From NCBI GenBank assembly GCA_905178155.1, contig CAJINV010000001.1:6605860-6669859 (forward strand): DNA of 64,000 bases, in the 5' to 3' direction. The stretch is from Amoebophrya sp. A120 (taxonomy: Eukaryota; Protista; Dinoflagellata). The notes beneath the pieces were generated by a model. The model did no database searches and had not been told where the DNA came from. It saw only the letters and a list, made by a program, of their open reading frames with translations. How positions within the stretch are numbered: the stretch's first letter is position 1; every line of letters begins with the position of its first letter. Below are positions 36,601 to 49,020 of the stretch, piece after piece. A program made the position numbers and the translations under genes.

Positions 36601-39600
36601 CAGCAGGTGAAACCCAGTTCCCGAAAATTCTTCTGCGGCTGCATTTTCCATACTGGCTGCGTCCATTTTCTGTCTAGCCGCTGTGATTTCTGAAAGTTCA
36701 GACTCGCTTCTACCCGAAAGACGTTTGACCAACGGCACTCCCTCTAGACAAGCCTCGTGCTCGTAAATGTCTTCCTTGGGGGACAGCGGCTGGGCCTTCT
36801 TTCGAACCTGCGAGAAGGAACTGCGCTTGGATCCGCGGCTGGACCCTCGTTCGGATGACTGTGGTTTCTTGCTGTGCGAGGAAGTGAGACCGTCGCGTGC
36901 GGGGTGGTGATCGTTGAAGACAGGCGGCAGAACCAATCCGTCACGGCTTTTCGGCGGGGCGGTGAAATTTGTGGTCTCGCCCTCGTCCGGAGCAAAGTGA
37001 CGATACTCAATTGCACTCTCCACCTTCGCTCCACCACGACTCTGGCTGCGACTGCCCGTAGCTACTTTCACAGGACTTGGAGATTTCTTCCGTAAGGAAG
37101 CAGAAGTCAACGCGTGTTGGTCATCTTCCATCGCAGCTACAGCTTGTGGAGACGTGGCACGCAGCAAGTCGGTCCGCCACTGCTCAACCTGCGCAAAGCG
37201 CGTTAGGTGGTCATCCGCCAAGGCGATTCCCTCGCGTTCGCGCGAGCTTAGCTGATTTCGATAAGCGGTGCGCAGATCTTCGGTCCGAAGAACGTCGATA
37301 CAGCCGGCGGCTGGCATCGGAAAGTGGTCCTCGATGACACTAGCGTCCGCCGAACCAGACACGTCTGCGAGGGATGCATCCTGGTCGCCAGAAAGTGCAG
37401 CTCCGCGCTTTCCACGGGGCCGGGGGGCATGTGTCGCGCGTGCCGGAAGGAACACGCTCGATGTTTCGTCTATGCTTTTCGACGGGGAGCGACTCGTTTC
37501 CGTGGTGGTTCTCGGGCGCTGCTGCCAGGCCAGGCTCATAGATTGGGAAACCGGGCGCGCAGACTGCTCGTGGCTCGTTCCCGGTCTTAGAACCTCGCCA
37601 AATGCAGTCAACGTATGCCGTGGAATTTTTCTGTCAAACCCAGCGCGGATGTTGGTTGGGCTGCGCGGCATGCTCCGCGACAGGACTGTTCTTGCGTCGG
37701 GAACGGACGTGGCACTGGAAGAGCTGGAGGGCGCTCGAGAAAGGTTGAATCCGCCCGCCGTCGTCGGTGTTTGCGCAGAACCCAGCCCCAAGCGCTCCCG
37801 ACTGAACACCTTGCCCGCGTCCCGGAACGTGGTGACTTTGGTCGTGTGGTTCGCGGGGGAAAGCGTATCGGGCTCGAACTTCCGTATGTCGTCGTCCTGC
37901 ATCGACGGAGACGCCAGCGCCAGGCTTGAGTTTTCAATGCTTTGACTTTCCTTCACCAGTGATTGGAGATGCGGCTGTATATCCGGTTGATCCGAGTTGA
38001 ATCCAAGCGCATGGGAGGAGGACAGCTGCGTCGCATTGATGTGCCTTTTCGCTCCTCTTCGTCCGGCCCCTCCACTTGTGCCTGCTTGCAGCCTCGGTAG
38101 GGTTCGGGCATTGTTCTGCCTGCTTCGCACGTTACGCAAAGATCCGCCGGTGCGCGCGCGCGATGGGGGGCCTCTTTGCGGCGAAAACGAACGCCCGCCC
38201 CAAATCTTTGCCTGCTGCTGGCTGTGCGGGCGATGACGGCTTTTCGTGGCGTGTGCATGGGCTAGGTGATGTGCTTGTTGACGCGATCTCAGAGCACCAG
38301 CATGACGGGAGGCGCTGCTCTGGCCAGCATACACGTTTTGCTTCATCGGATTAGAACCTGCTGCATGTGCGTCCACTACAGGTCCTGGTTGCTGCTCAAC
38401 TACAGACACGACCTTCATCATTTCCTTCTGTTCCTGCCCAGATTCCATGACCATTTCTGGGCCATGCGGTCCTTTACTGCTGCTTCGGAACTCGCCCTCC
38501 TCCAGGAAGAGGCTGTTGTCCTCCTGGTCCTGAAATTGTAACATACTAGCGCTGACATTTTCCCGTTGCAGCTCACCCGGTAGTTCTCGCATTTCCAGGC
38601 TGTTCTCGTGGATGCTCAGCATGGAAGACTCATTCAACATGGAGGAGAGCTCTGGAAGCGTCGACTCGTTATTCAACACTTTCGAGTTCGATAACAGCAT
38701 GCTCGTCGTGTTCCCCAGCAATGAGGACCCACCGGCCTCTTCTTCCGGGAGCAGGGGGTGATCTTCTTGATCTTTGCTTCCACCAAGTGATGACTTGTTC
38801 TGCAACAATTTCGATTGAGAATCCACGTCAAGTAAGCTTTGGCTCAAACTTCCTTCGCCATTGTTCAACATCGCTCTTTGCGATGTTAAATGTGACTGCG
38901 ACAACATCAGGGACTGGTCCGTCACAACCGTCGCCATTGTGGCCCCCGCGTCCAACAACGACGAGGATAGCATCGTCGACAAAGAAGGACCGCCGGCGGC
39001 CTGCGTGGAGACGATCGACGACCCGTGGAGCTGCGACTTCGAAAACGCAGAGAGCGGGGGCGGCTGCAACTCCTGCAGTAATCGAAATTTTCGCGACGTG
39101 GCCGCACTGTTCTCCTGTTCGATCTTCGTTCGTTTCGAAAACGCTCCGCTCGCAGTAACGCGTTTCTTGTCCGGGGAGTCGCGAAAGATTGGAAAATCGA
39201 CGTCAAATTGGTCCCGGTCCACCCGATCCATCGTAAGTTCTTCGCTCACGGAATTCAAGCCATATTTGTCCCTACCGTAATCCGGCCCCAGGCGAAAGCG
39301 GTCGGCCAACACGGAACGGGAAAAGGACGCGTCGTACTGCTCGAGTAGGGAGGTTGACTCGTTTTCGTTCGAGTTTGTTGTGCTCGTTTGGTGCAGCTGT
39401 CCAGCTGTTCCACTCCGGGAGCGGTTCGCGAACTGGCTAGCACCTCGGGTATGCTTGTTTTTAGCACCACCGCGGCTGCTTCCTGCGCTTCTTCGGCTAC
39501 CCCCGCCGGACAGTGTCTTCGAGTTGTTTCGATGGTCAGAAAGTTGCTTGCTGGGCTCGTTATCCGTGAAAATTGTCGAAGAAAACTGCGAACTGTAATT

Positions 39601-40539
39601 ACTCTGCAGATAATTATCTCCCTGCTGCTCCCGGGTTAGTGCTCTCCTCTGTTGCTGATGCTGCGCGATGATGGCCTCGGCCTGCATATCCACTCGGTCC
39701 AGTGCTGCATGGAGCGAGGCGTGCGCGGAGACCCTTGTGGTTGTAAATGTAGTTGTGTGATCCTCGTCGTTAAAATCGCCATCGTCATCAACAGGCGAAA
39801 ACGGGCGGCCGCGAACGTCTGCCGGCACGATAGAAATCGACTCCTCCTCCAAGTCGTCCCTAGTGTCCAAAAACAAGAGGCTGCTCAACGAGCTGGTGGT
39901 CGTAGTTTTGCTTTTCTTTTTCGGAGCTCGTCCTCGATTTTGTCCGCCTCCTGGCATTGAAGGTAATTTCGAAGATGATACCGGTTTCCTTGAGGATGCC
40001 ACGCCCTGCTTACGAGATCCACCCGCAGACGCATTGGTTGCTGCTGCCGTGCCAGCTTTGTTGTTTCCCTGGTGCGAAGATGCCATCGCCCTGGCATGAT
40101 CGCCCGAGTCTTTGCTATCAGCGGCTGACGAGAAACCAAGATCTCTATCGTGGTATTGTTCAGCGCTTGACGCGAAAAGAAAGCTGCTATTTTGTCCTGC
40201 GAAGCCACAGCCGGACGCATTGGCATTGTTCTGGGCACTATCACCTCCCACGAAGTCTTCAGAAAGCCCATCTTGCGAAGACGCTACGCTCCGAAACTGT
40301 GAGAGAGAGTTCTTGGTCTGCTGGCTGCTGTTGTTCGAAAAATGATAGCCAGCGGGGCCATTGTGCAGTGAGACGCTCGAAAAGTGATTTACGTTGGTCC
40401 GGGGGCTGCGACTGGTAGACCAGTGAGGCGGGAAACCATCGGAGTCAACCGAGCCCGCATTAGGGCCTGCAAGTCTCCGCCGCTTCGTTTGCTGGTTAGA
40501 ATCCGGTCTGGGGATTCTTCCGCCACCTAGAGCCGACAT
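33675..40539 (-). CDS. Large S/A/Q-rich low-complexity hypothetical protein (~2200 aa)
   Basis: 1891-aa and 383-aa ORFs joined in frame by GT-AG intron 34835-34991. No recognised domain. Confidence 0.75.
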
Positions 40540-41631
40540 CTTCACGACGGTGTGTATCGAATCAACATGGCCATATCGTAACGTTCATCTCCTGTAGTTG
40601 CAACCTCCGTGCTGGCCCTACCTATTTGCGCATCGGTTTCTTGGATTGCACTCATCTACTCTATCATGATCGGGCTGCTGCATCTTTGTCACTTCTGTTT
40701 GGGCCTGGTGGTCAGAATGGACGTACGAGGACTCACATGCTGCTCAAGCATTTCTCCTACATTCTGTTTCACCGTCCTTTATTCCAAAAAAGCGACCCCG
40801 ATCCTTCGATTTGCCAATGGGTTTTGGAAGTTCGAGTTGAACGCGACGCCCGTCCCTTCACGACAACGGAACAAAGATCCGAACCAAATACCGACACCCA
40901 GCCGACACAACGATCGCGCTCGAGAAGTCACCGACTTCTGAAAAAACAAACATACTTTCTGAGGTGAGCCCTTTTACAGAACGGTTTTGTTCTTGAACTT
41001 GAAGAACTTCGCACGAAGTAGACGACCGATAAAGTTTTGGATCTCTTGCGATTGATGTAGGAACCTTGACCACTTTTTTCCCATACCGAATATCTTCTGT
41101 CTCACCCCTAACGCCGTACCTCCATCATCGTTCAATACGGGAAAGCTCCGAGACGCCATCACATTCCCACGAGGTCGACAAACCACACGTCTTGCTTTTG
41201 TGCTTTTCGTTTTCCGTAGCAATTATATCTTCGGTGTTGACCTTAAAAATCCAGGCTGAAAATCTTCGAGTCAATATCAAGCTTTTTGTACAATGAAAAC
41301 AATACTCGAGAAAGTCATTTTAGGAATATCCATCAAAGAGCGACGAAAATTTCCTCCATCCTTATTGATATGGCACAGACTCACTGCTGATGAAACTATC
41401 ATACACGGTGACGGCAAACGCAAATGAATTCTCAACCATATAGTCGCGATACGGATACCGTACTGAAACGCCTCCTACTCCTTATCTTTTTTCTAGAAAC
41501 CAGATTCGAATCGATACCATTCCTACAACCATCTCAAATTTTCAGAAGAGTACGCAATTTCTTCCGGATACGAATGAATGAAAACTTCCACATGATCGGT
41601 AAATCTCCGCAAGACCGAGGTCTCTACTCCC

Positions 41632-43207
41632 CTACAACTGCGCGTCGGCGACGAGTTTCTTCATGACGTTAGCCGCCATAGCCATACTGCCGGTGAACTC
41701 CTGCAGCTTTCCCGGTCGCACTTTTCCGCCCTCCTTCCGGCACTCCTTCAGGTACAGCACCAACGGGGGCGTGCCGCCGCCCTGCAAGATGGAGTGGACA
41801 GTGCGAACCTCGGTCTTCTGCCCGGGACCCATCATGTACTTCCCGGTTCTTCCGTCCACTTTGACGATGAAGCAGATCTTGAACTTTCCGTTCTTGCCCG
41901 CACAGTACTCCAAGGACACCTTGTAGGGCAGCATCCAGCGCTTCAGCGGGTGGGTCTTGTCGATCACCTCCTGCAGCAGCGCCTCCTTCTTCATGCGCTT
42001 CGCGATGGTCCACAGGTAGCTGGTTTTGTCGTCCAAATTTCCGTTGATCACCTGCAAATTTGAAACCGAATTCGGGTCCAGCGCCCGGTAGTACGTGTCG
42101 CCCCGCATTTTTTCGATTTCGGCCACCGTGGCGGTCGCGATGTCGCGGCCGGCCTCGTCGGGGTAATCGAAATGAAAAAAGGTCGAAATCGGGAACCGCT
42201 CAATCGCCATGGTTTCCCCCATGAAGCTGAAGCTCTTGCCGTTGTCGGTCATCTGCTGGGAGATAAAACCGCGGGCTTTGTCCCCGATCCCCTTGCCCTG
42301 CGTCATGTAGTCCCAGGCCTCGTCGTCGTACGAGCGCAACCGCGGGCCGGGCACCCAGTCGACGGGCGGCGGGATGTAGGTGGACGGGGAAATTCCCGGC
42401 GCCGTCACGCCGGCGGAGCTGCCTTTCGACCCGGACTTCTTGCTCACCGTCATGCTGGGCGAGTCCCTCCACCCGGAACTCGGGGGAATGGATTGGCCTT
42501 TCGACTGCAGCTGGTTGGTCAAAAACTTGGCGCCGTCGATCTGCGTGGCGATCCACCACCCGGTGTAATTGGGCTCGCCAGCCTTCTCGTAGTAGTACAG
42601 GTACTACGACCCGTTGGTGTACGCCGGACACCCGTGGTGGGTGGAGTGAAACTTGTAGGTCCCGTCGGCAGCAGCGTCCTTGGAGTTTTTCACCTGAAAT
42701 GAAGCAACATGCACATAATTATCGATCCGGATTCGAAACTCCGCCACGAGGAGTTTCATTGTGTGAAACAACTGTCGACAACAAAGATGGAAAACTTCTA
42801 TCTAATTCACCGGAGTGCCCCGGATGCGGCTGCAAATTCAATCGTTATACCGTACACATGTCCGCGCCGCCGCCACCTCCGCCGGCGCACACTGCCTGGG
42901 TCTTCTTCACGCATTCGAAGGCGTCGCAGTTGTTCCCGACCTTCCAGCCCGCCTTCGGGGGCTGCGCGGCGTGGTTTTGCCCGACCGCGGGGTTGAACGC
43001 GCTGTAAGTGTTGCCCCCGATCTTCTGCGCGATCCACCAGCCGCGGTTGTTGAAGTGCTGTTCGTTGGCGATGATCGGGTCCCAGAAGTACATGTAGTAC
43101 CCGCGGTCGGACTTGTAGGCCCCCTTCTCGTGGAACTGGGAATGGTACTTGTACACGCCGTTCAGCTCCGGCTTGTCCCGGCAGCTCTGCACCTCGAACG
43201 ATGCCAT
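41632..43207 (-). CDS. Hypothetical protein with two ~85-aa aromatic-rich repeats; contains an in-frame TAG (possible pseudogene or readthrough)
   Basis: GT-AG intron 42694-42850. Repeat motif GxYKxHSxxH...AY...YxYx...GWWIAxxIxG...PPxxGW occurs twice. TAG at 42604-42606. Confidence 0.7.
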
Positions 43208-43875
43208 GATCTTGTTGTGGATAATTTGTCTAGAAAGTTGCTACCAACTACAGACGAGTTCTTGATGCAGACGGAGACGATAAGACCCGCTACATGAAAA
43301 ATGACAACGCGCGATTTCTTTTGTACCTCCCCCACGGCAGTTTTTTGCACGGTACTCCTGTTCACCCAAGCACGCTCACCCACTATTACCGTTCCGATTC
43401 GCCCTTATCTAGTATCAGAATGCTCAAGGCAACACCTCCTAGCGCAACACACTTGACCTCGCCCCAGAACCGGAGTTTGCAGAATGATGTTGATGTTGTA
43501 TGAGAATGTCAATGTACAACATGAAGATGAACATTATATGGTGTTTCCCGAGGAACGTAGCTAGATGTACTTTTAGCTTTTCGTTTTCACATGATGGCCG
43601 CGAGTCGGCCATTACTCTTCGCTTACCTTCGCTGCGAAACTGAATATATTAAAGTACTTTCCCCTCCCCCTGTCGTCTGTCTTCCCTCTTTGCTTTTTGT
43701 CATCATCACCATTTACATTTTCATTCTCCTCCTTCTAATTATTCTTCTTTTTGGAAAGAAACTGGCGAAGCGAAACAATCATACAAAAAACGTCACAAAC
43801 TGTAGCTGCTCGAAGCAGCATATATAATCTTCATCAACTACTACGGTGTCAGTATTTTCCATCATGCGGCTGTCC

Positions 43876-45324
43876 TCACATCACGAAAATTCGTGAAAAT
43901 GGATTGCAGCACGAACTACACCGACTTCTTTCCGGCGCCAGTTGATCCCACGACAGGTCCGCTGATCCTTGATGCCGCACCATCTTCTTCTGCTTCAACA
44001 CGTTGTGCTTATGCGCCTTTCGGGGCGCCCGAAGCTGCAAAAACTTGTAGAAAACAAACAGCGTGATCAAGATGCTCAAAACGATGTCCGCCCCATTGGT
44101 GTACATGCGTGCGAGCTTTTCCGGCCAGATTTGCAGCCGGATCAAGTACGCGAGAAGTCCCGATTCCAGTACCATCATGACCAGAATGTGCACGCTGGCG
44201 TTCAGCTGGTCCTGTGCGAGCGTGTTGTAGTCGAGCTTGGGCAGGAGCGAATCCACAACGAAGCGCAACCCGACGGAGCCAAACATCACCGCGAGGAGGT
44301 GGCTGCTGCGACTGCCGAAGTCCTGCGGCTCAAACACGAACACCATCAAACCCATCACCAGCATGGCAGCGTTAAGTTGGATGATGTTGGTCTCGTAGTA
44401 CTGGTATTTACGACAGAGCTTGATTGCGGCGACAAAAGTAAAAGAGCCAGTGAACTTGTCGTCTGGCGTTTTATTTCCCCCGCGGATCTGGCAGTCCAGG
44501 TAGTTCGGCAGAAAGAATTCCGTCAGCAGCATGCTCTCCTCGATGTTGCCGTGGGGCGGCACGCCCCGCTTATGCAAATTATCCTCGTTCACAGCGAGCT
44601 TCAGTGGGACGTGCTTGAACGCGCCGAACCGCACGGAGACGCCAATCTCCAGCACGTGCGAGTCGTAGGGGAAGTTCTGCAGCGCCTCACTGGTGATCAG
44701 GGACGGCTGCGTGAACACGGCCGAGTACTCGCAGGTCCAGCGGAGTAAAACCCGATTGGGCTCGGGTTCAATCGCGTGCACTTCGACGCCCGAGCGCCCG
44801 ACCTCGAAGGAGGAGGCGTGGGTTAAGGCGAAAGCCGGAACGTCCTCACGGATTATATCGTTTACCACAGCCCGTTCCCGCCCCTCTAGCTCCCATTTGG
44901 CGGACGTGCGCAACTTGTTGGCAGTCAGTGCCTGGATCGCTTCCAGATTTGCGTGGCTGGGGGTCCAGAAAGCCGTCAGACGAAACTTCGCGCTGAAGGT
45001 ACCGTTGATCAGATTCAGGTCGGAAATGTTCCAAACAACCAGCTTGCAACGCACTTCTTGCTTTTCGGGAGGAAGAACTTGTAGGGGAGCAGGAAGTTCT
45101 GCTGGTTCTGGACCTTTGTGCATTTGTGGCGGTACGACGCTTTTAGCTGAGGCCGTGGCTGTCGGTACCTCGTCAAACCCGAAGCTTATTTTCTTCTCCG
45201 AGTACTTGAGACGACGCGCCAGGGAGACCGCGGAATCGCTCACCGACGGGAGTTCGGACTCGCACAAGGTGGTGCTCGATTCATTCTCACTGGTCGTGTT
45301 GCTGTTCGAACGCACCCACGACAT
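43876..45324 (-). CDS. Pentameric ligand-gated ion channel, Cys-less (Pro-loop) type
   Basis: NISDLNLINGTFSAKFRLTAFW, LQNFPYDSHVLEI, four C-terminal hydrophobic helices, LPKLDYNT M2-M3 loop. Start codon uncertain. Confidence 0.8.
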   Translation of the reverse strand: MSWVRSNSNTTSENESSTTLCESELPSVSDSAVSLARRLKYSEKKISFGFDEVPTATASAKSVVPPQMHKGPEPAELPAPLQVLPPEKQEVRCKLVVWNISDLNLINGTFSAKFRLTAFWTPSHANLEAIQALTANKLRTSAKWELEGRERAVVNDIIREDVPAFALTHASSFEVGRSGVEVHAIEPEPNRVLLRWTCEYSAVFTQPSLITSEALQNFPYDSHVLEIGVSVRFGAFKHVPLKLAVNEDNLHKRGVPPHGNIEESMLLTEFFLPNYLDCQIRGGNKTPDDKFTGSFTFVAAIKLCRKYQYYETNIIQLNAAMLVMGLMVFVFEPQDFGSRSSHLLAVMFGSVGLRFVVDSLLPKLDYNTLAQDQLNASVHILVMMVLESGLLAYLIRLQIWPEKLARMYTNGADIVLSILITLFVFYKFLQLRAPRKAHKHNVLKQKKMVRHQGSADLSWDQLAPERSRCSSCCNPFSRIFVM

Positions 45325-45697
45325 CCTTTGTGATGTCCACGCAACAGCTTGAGGACGAAACTGCAATTGCTTTACGCTAAAATTGAAGCCGTTTACGTTC
45401 CTGAGCCCGCATAACCACATTGGGGTTGGTGCGTGAATTTGTATACGCGCCACGTTGCACAGAATCAATGAGAATGTGTGTCCAGATTCACTCTGTCAAC
45501 TCTGCAGTTCTTCCCTAGTCACGTCACAGCGCAACATTCAGCCTCGTTCTTTTTCACGCCCGTTCTCGTCGCTCAGTGTCACTCATAAATATGAAAACGC
45601 TTGCAGTACAGATTGGAGAACAGCTGAGTCCGCCGTCTGAAGTTCTCCTCGATTAGAGGACATGCTCACACAAATCTTCCGTTCAATCATATGTCGT

Positions 45698-48056
45698 TCA
45701 TTCGTGTTTGACTCCGTGGTACGTTTTTATCTTTTGGATGAGATCGGTCTTCTTCCCGTCCACCCGAAGGCCTACTGACTTGAGAAATTGCTTCAGGAAC
45801 GTGACTTTCATAAACTCTAGCTGGTTTTGCTGCACGGCCCGGGCCATTTGCTCCGCAGTAATCACCGGCTCCGCTGGAGACGCTGCGGCCGTCCCCGAGT
45901 CGAGCTTTTGGCGCTTGCTGCCCGCACCGCTGCTCGCTTTCGCTGCCTTCGAAGCAGCAACAGGCGCGGGCTGGTCGCAAATGGCCAGCAGTTCCGCGGC
46001 GGGTTTGCTTTTCTCCAGCGTGTCGAGTAGCATCAGCATTCCCGCGTCCGCAAAACAGTCGGGATCGGGTCGCAGCTCGTCGACCACTGGCTCGACCTCT
46101 GCCTCGCCGAGCGCGAGTGCCTGCAACGCCGCGTAGTGCTTCTGGATGGATACATTTGCCACGTCCGCCGTGTGGAAGGAGTCCAGGCAAATGCGGTTCA
46201 GCAAATGCCGCATCGCCATGCACGTGTTGGGAGCGTCTAATTCCGGTTCGCGCTTCGTATCTAACACCGGCACTGCCGTCTCCTTACGGTAGTCCTCCTT
46301 GTGCGGGAGTGGAATCAGGTTGAAAACGTCCTGATCCTCCGAAGCTATCAATGCAGACAACCGCGGCTCGGCGTTCGCCCGGGCCCGAAACCAGACCAGC
46401 ATCATCACGTTGCGCTTGCGCAGCGACGTGAGCAACGACTTGAAGAGTGCGGTGCTTCCAATAATCCGCTTCTCGTTGGGATAAACGAGGTAGGAGTGGG
46501 TGTAGTGGTGGTACGGCTTCAACTCTTTCCTGTCCAAAAACCCGATCAGCTCCATACAGGGTTCCTCGCCGAAATTCCGCAGCTTCTTGATCTCCTCGTC
46601 GGTGAAGGGAATTTTCTCACCCGCGAACTCCACATACGAAGCGAGCTCCGCGTCCCGCACGTGGTGGGTTACGGGTTGGTGATCCCCTGTTAGGTTCAAT
46701 TTTCCTCCTGGTGACTGCTGGTGGACGAGGCTGCTAGCATTCGGGTCTACTTTCGAAGAGGAGCTCGAGCTGCCGCCCGTCCCGACGATCGGGAAGTTGG
46801 TTTGCCCGGCCATGTCTTTGGTAACGGAGCCGACCGTGAAGGGCGCGCTCATCCCGTCGTCGTTCATGTCGGTCTTCAAGTAGTCAATGCGCTCCACGAG
46901 CTTCTGCTCGGCGATGACGCGGCCGTTGTCCACCGCGTGAAGCCAAACGGGAGGAGGGAGCTTCGCTTCCAGGATGTTAATGTACACAGAAACGCCCAGC
47001 GCCACGTCCGGATCCCGTTTCAGGTACAAGATCGTCCGTGTCAACGCCCGCTTCTTGAACAACCGCTTGCGGATGCGCGACTCGAGGCTCCGGAAGTTGC
47101 GCTGACCTGTTGTGTGTAGGTTTGGGACAAGCATGATGCTGTAGGTGTACGTCATGAAGAAAAGTTCTGGAAACACAGTAACAGTTTTAACAGTCGCGCT
47201 TTCGGATATTGAAGCATGTTGAAATTCACCTACTTATACCATCCTCACTCTCCGCAGTCACAATGTCCATGTTGCTACTTTTCGCCGCGTTTGGGCTGGT
47301 ATCTATCCGCGCCAGCGCGAGTTCGTCTGCCTCATCGATGTTTTCCGGCGATATCACCTTGTTCCAGAACAAGTCCAGCGAAAAAGGCCTATTGGCGCGC
47401 ACCACCGGGTAAAACTCGATTTCGAGCCCCAGGTCCTGGCAGTCGCTGACCCGCGTCAATGTGATGTCCAGTGTGGTCTGCAGGTCGCGGAGCCGAGCGG
47501 CGTCCGTCTCGCCCCGCTGACCCAGCGGATCGTCGTTGCCACTGAAGACCATCACACGACGCTTGAACGTCAGCGTTTCCCCGATTTGCAACTTGAACAT
47601 CTGTGATGCGTTCCAGAACACCTCGGCCATGACCGCGCCGGACGTGCGCCCACCCCGCTCCAATCGCCCATACCGCGTGTACTTGTCGTCGCGGATCTGC
47701 TTCACCAGCTCCGTGCCCGGCTCCTCGAAGTCGTGCAGTGTGAGGATTCCCGGGAAATTGCTGTAGTTCTTCGCGTTCTTCGTGTTGTATTTCACAATCG
47801 CGATGCGGTCATCCTTACTGGCGATAATTTTGTGGCGGACGAAACTTTCGAGGGAGCAAAACACCTCTTCGTGAAGCATATTGTCAAACTCCAGGTCCGC
47901 GTCGACCAGGAGCAGCGTGGCCTCCTTCGAAGGCTCATACCGATCTTCAAGGATGGCTTGCTCCTCGTCGACCGTAGTGTTGGGCTTGTCATCGTCGAAA
48001 AGGCCGTCGGCGTCGAAGATATCCTGGTCGTCATCTATCTCGTTGAAGAAATCCAT
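45698..48056 (-). CDS. KU70: Ku70 (NHEJ DNA end-binding protein)
   Basis: vWA domain (EATLLLVD, DRIAIVKYNT, RRVMVFSGNDDP), core (LIGF, VYPNE...IGSTALF, LIPLP, NVSIQKHY), C-terminal SAP (KVTFLKQFLKSVGL...GKKTDLI). GT-AG intron 47107-47239. Confidence 0.9.
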
Positions 48057-49020
48057 TTTGCCTTTGCTTGGGAATTTACTACAATCTAATCAAGTTATCC
48101 TTATCGATGATCATGAAGATTGATACACAAGATGGTACTTCAAGAAATAAGAAGCGGAGCTGGTTTGCTTTCAGTGTCGGAAGAAGATTTTGTAACCGCC
48201 ATATCCCGCCGACTGTCTGACTCTCGAAAGCGAATAAAGAAAAGAGAAAATGCTTCAAAAAGGCAAACACTTGCGGTGTGTGATCCAACAACGACCAACG
48301 CCCTGAAGATGGAAAAAATAGCCTTTTTAATGTCATCAGATTCAGACCACAAACATCTCCATCATGATGATAGACACATGGTACTACTTTTTTCCACCTT
48401 TTCTTGACCATCTCCGTCTTCAATGAAGGTGATATATGCAGCTGCAGCCTTCGCTGGAAAAGTAAACCGAAAAAGGCAGGATCTCCTACATCATCTTCAT
48501 CATGATCTTGCTCGGATGAAGCTCCGGCATCGTGAGTGACCACTACGAACAGACTGCGGAAGCGCACAACAAGTGAATTTATCTCCCGTCAAACTCCCAC
48601 GTAAGTTCACTACGCATACAGCTGCAAAGCCAATCGGTTTTTGATTCATCTCATCAAAGTTGTACAAAGAACGGAATATTGATTCGATTTGGGTTTTGCA
48701 ACTAAAACTGTGCGAAAGAGTCTTTGATACATTAGGACTAGGGTTCTGCTACTGGTAGGTTCTGCGTCTGCATGTGAAGTTGAGGATGACGTAGTTGAGC
48801 TTGAGTGTTGGAAAATAGAAGCTCGATGAAATTATTCGAAATGGAGATCGCAGAAAAAAGCGCCATCGCCTCTAGCTCTACCACTGCGTGTGGTGGCTTA
48901 CTTCTTGATTTATGTCTATCATCCTTCTGTTTTTTGCTGTGCCTGTGCCTGTGGTAGGAAGGGGTAGCATGAGCATAAAATTGAAATTATTGACCATGAT
49001 CACAACCTGGATACATCTTC

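Noticed and set aside
41632-43207. Genome-wide stop codon reassignment
   Set aside because: The other genes have long ORFs (up to 1891 aa) under the standard code and end at TAA/TAG/TGA. Only one in-frame stop was seen.
48079-48567. 162-aa minus-strand ORF between dynamin and Ku70
   Set aside because: No ATG start or motif and UTR-like composition. It could hide a small exon, but nothing supports that.
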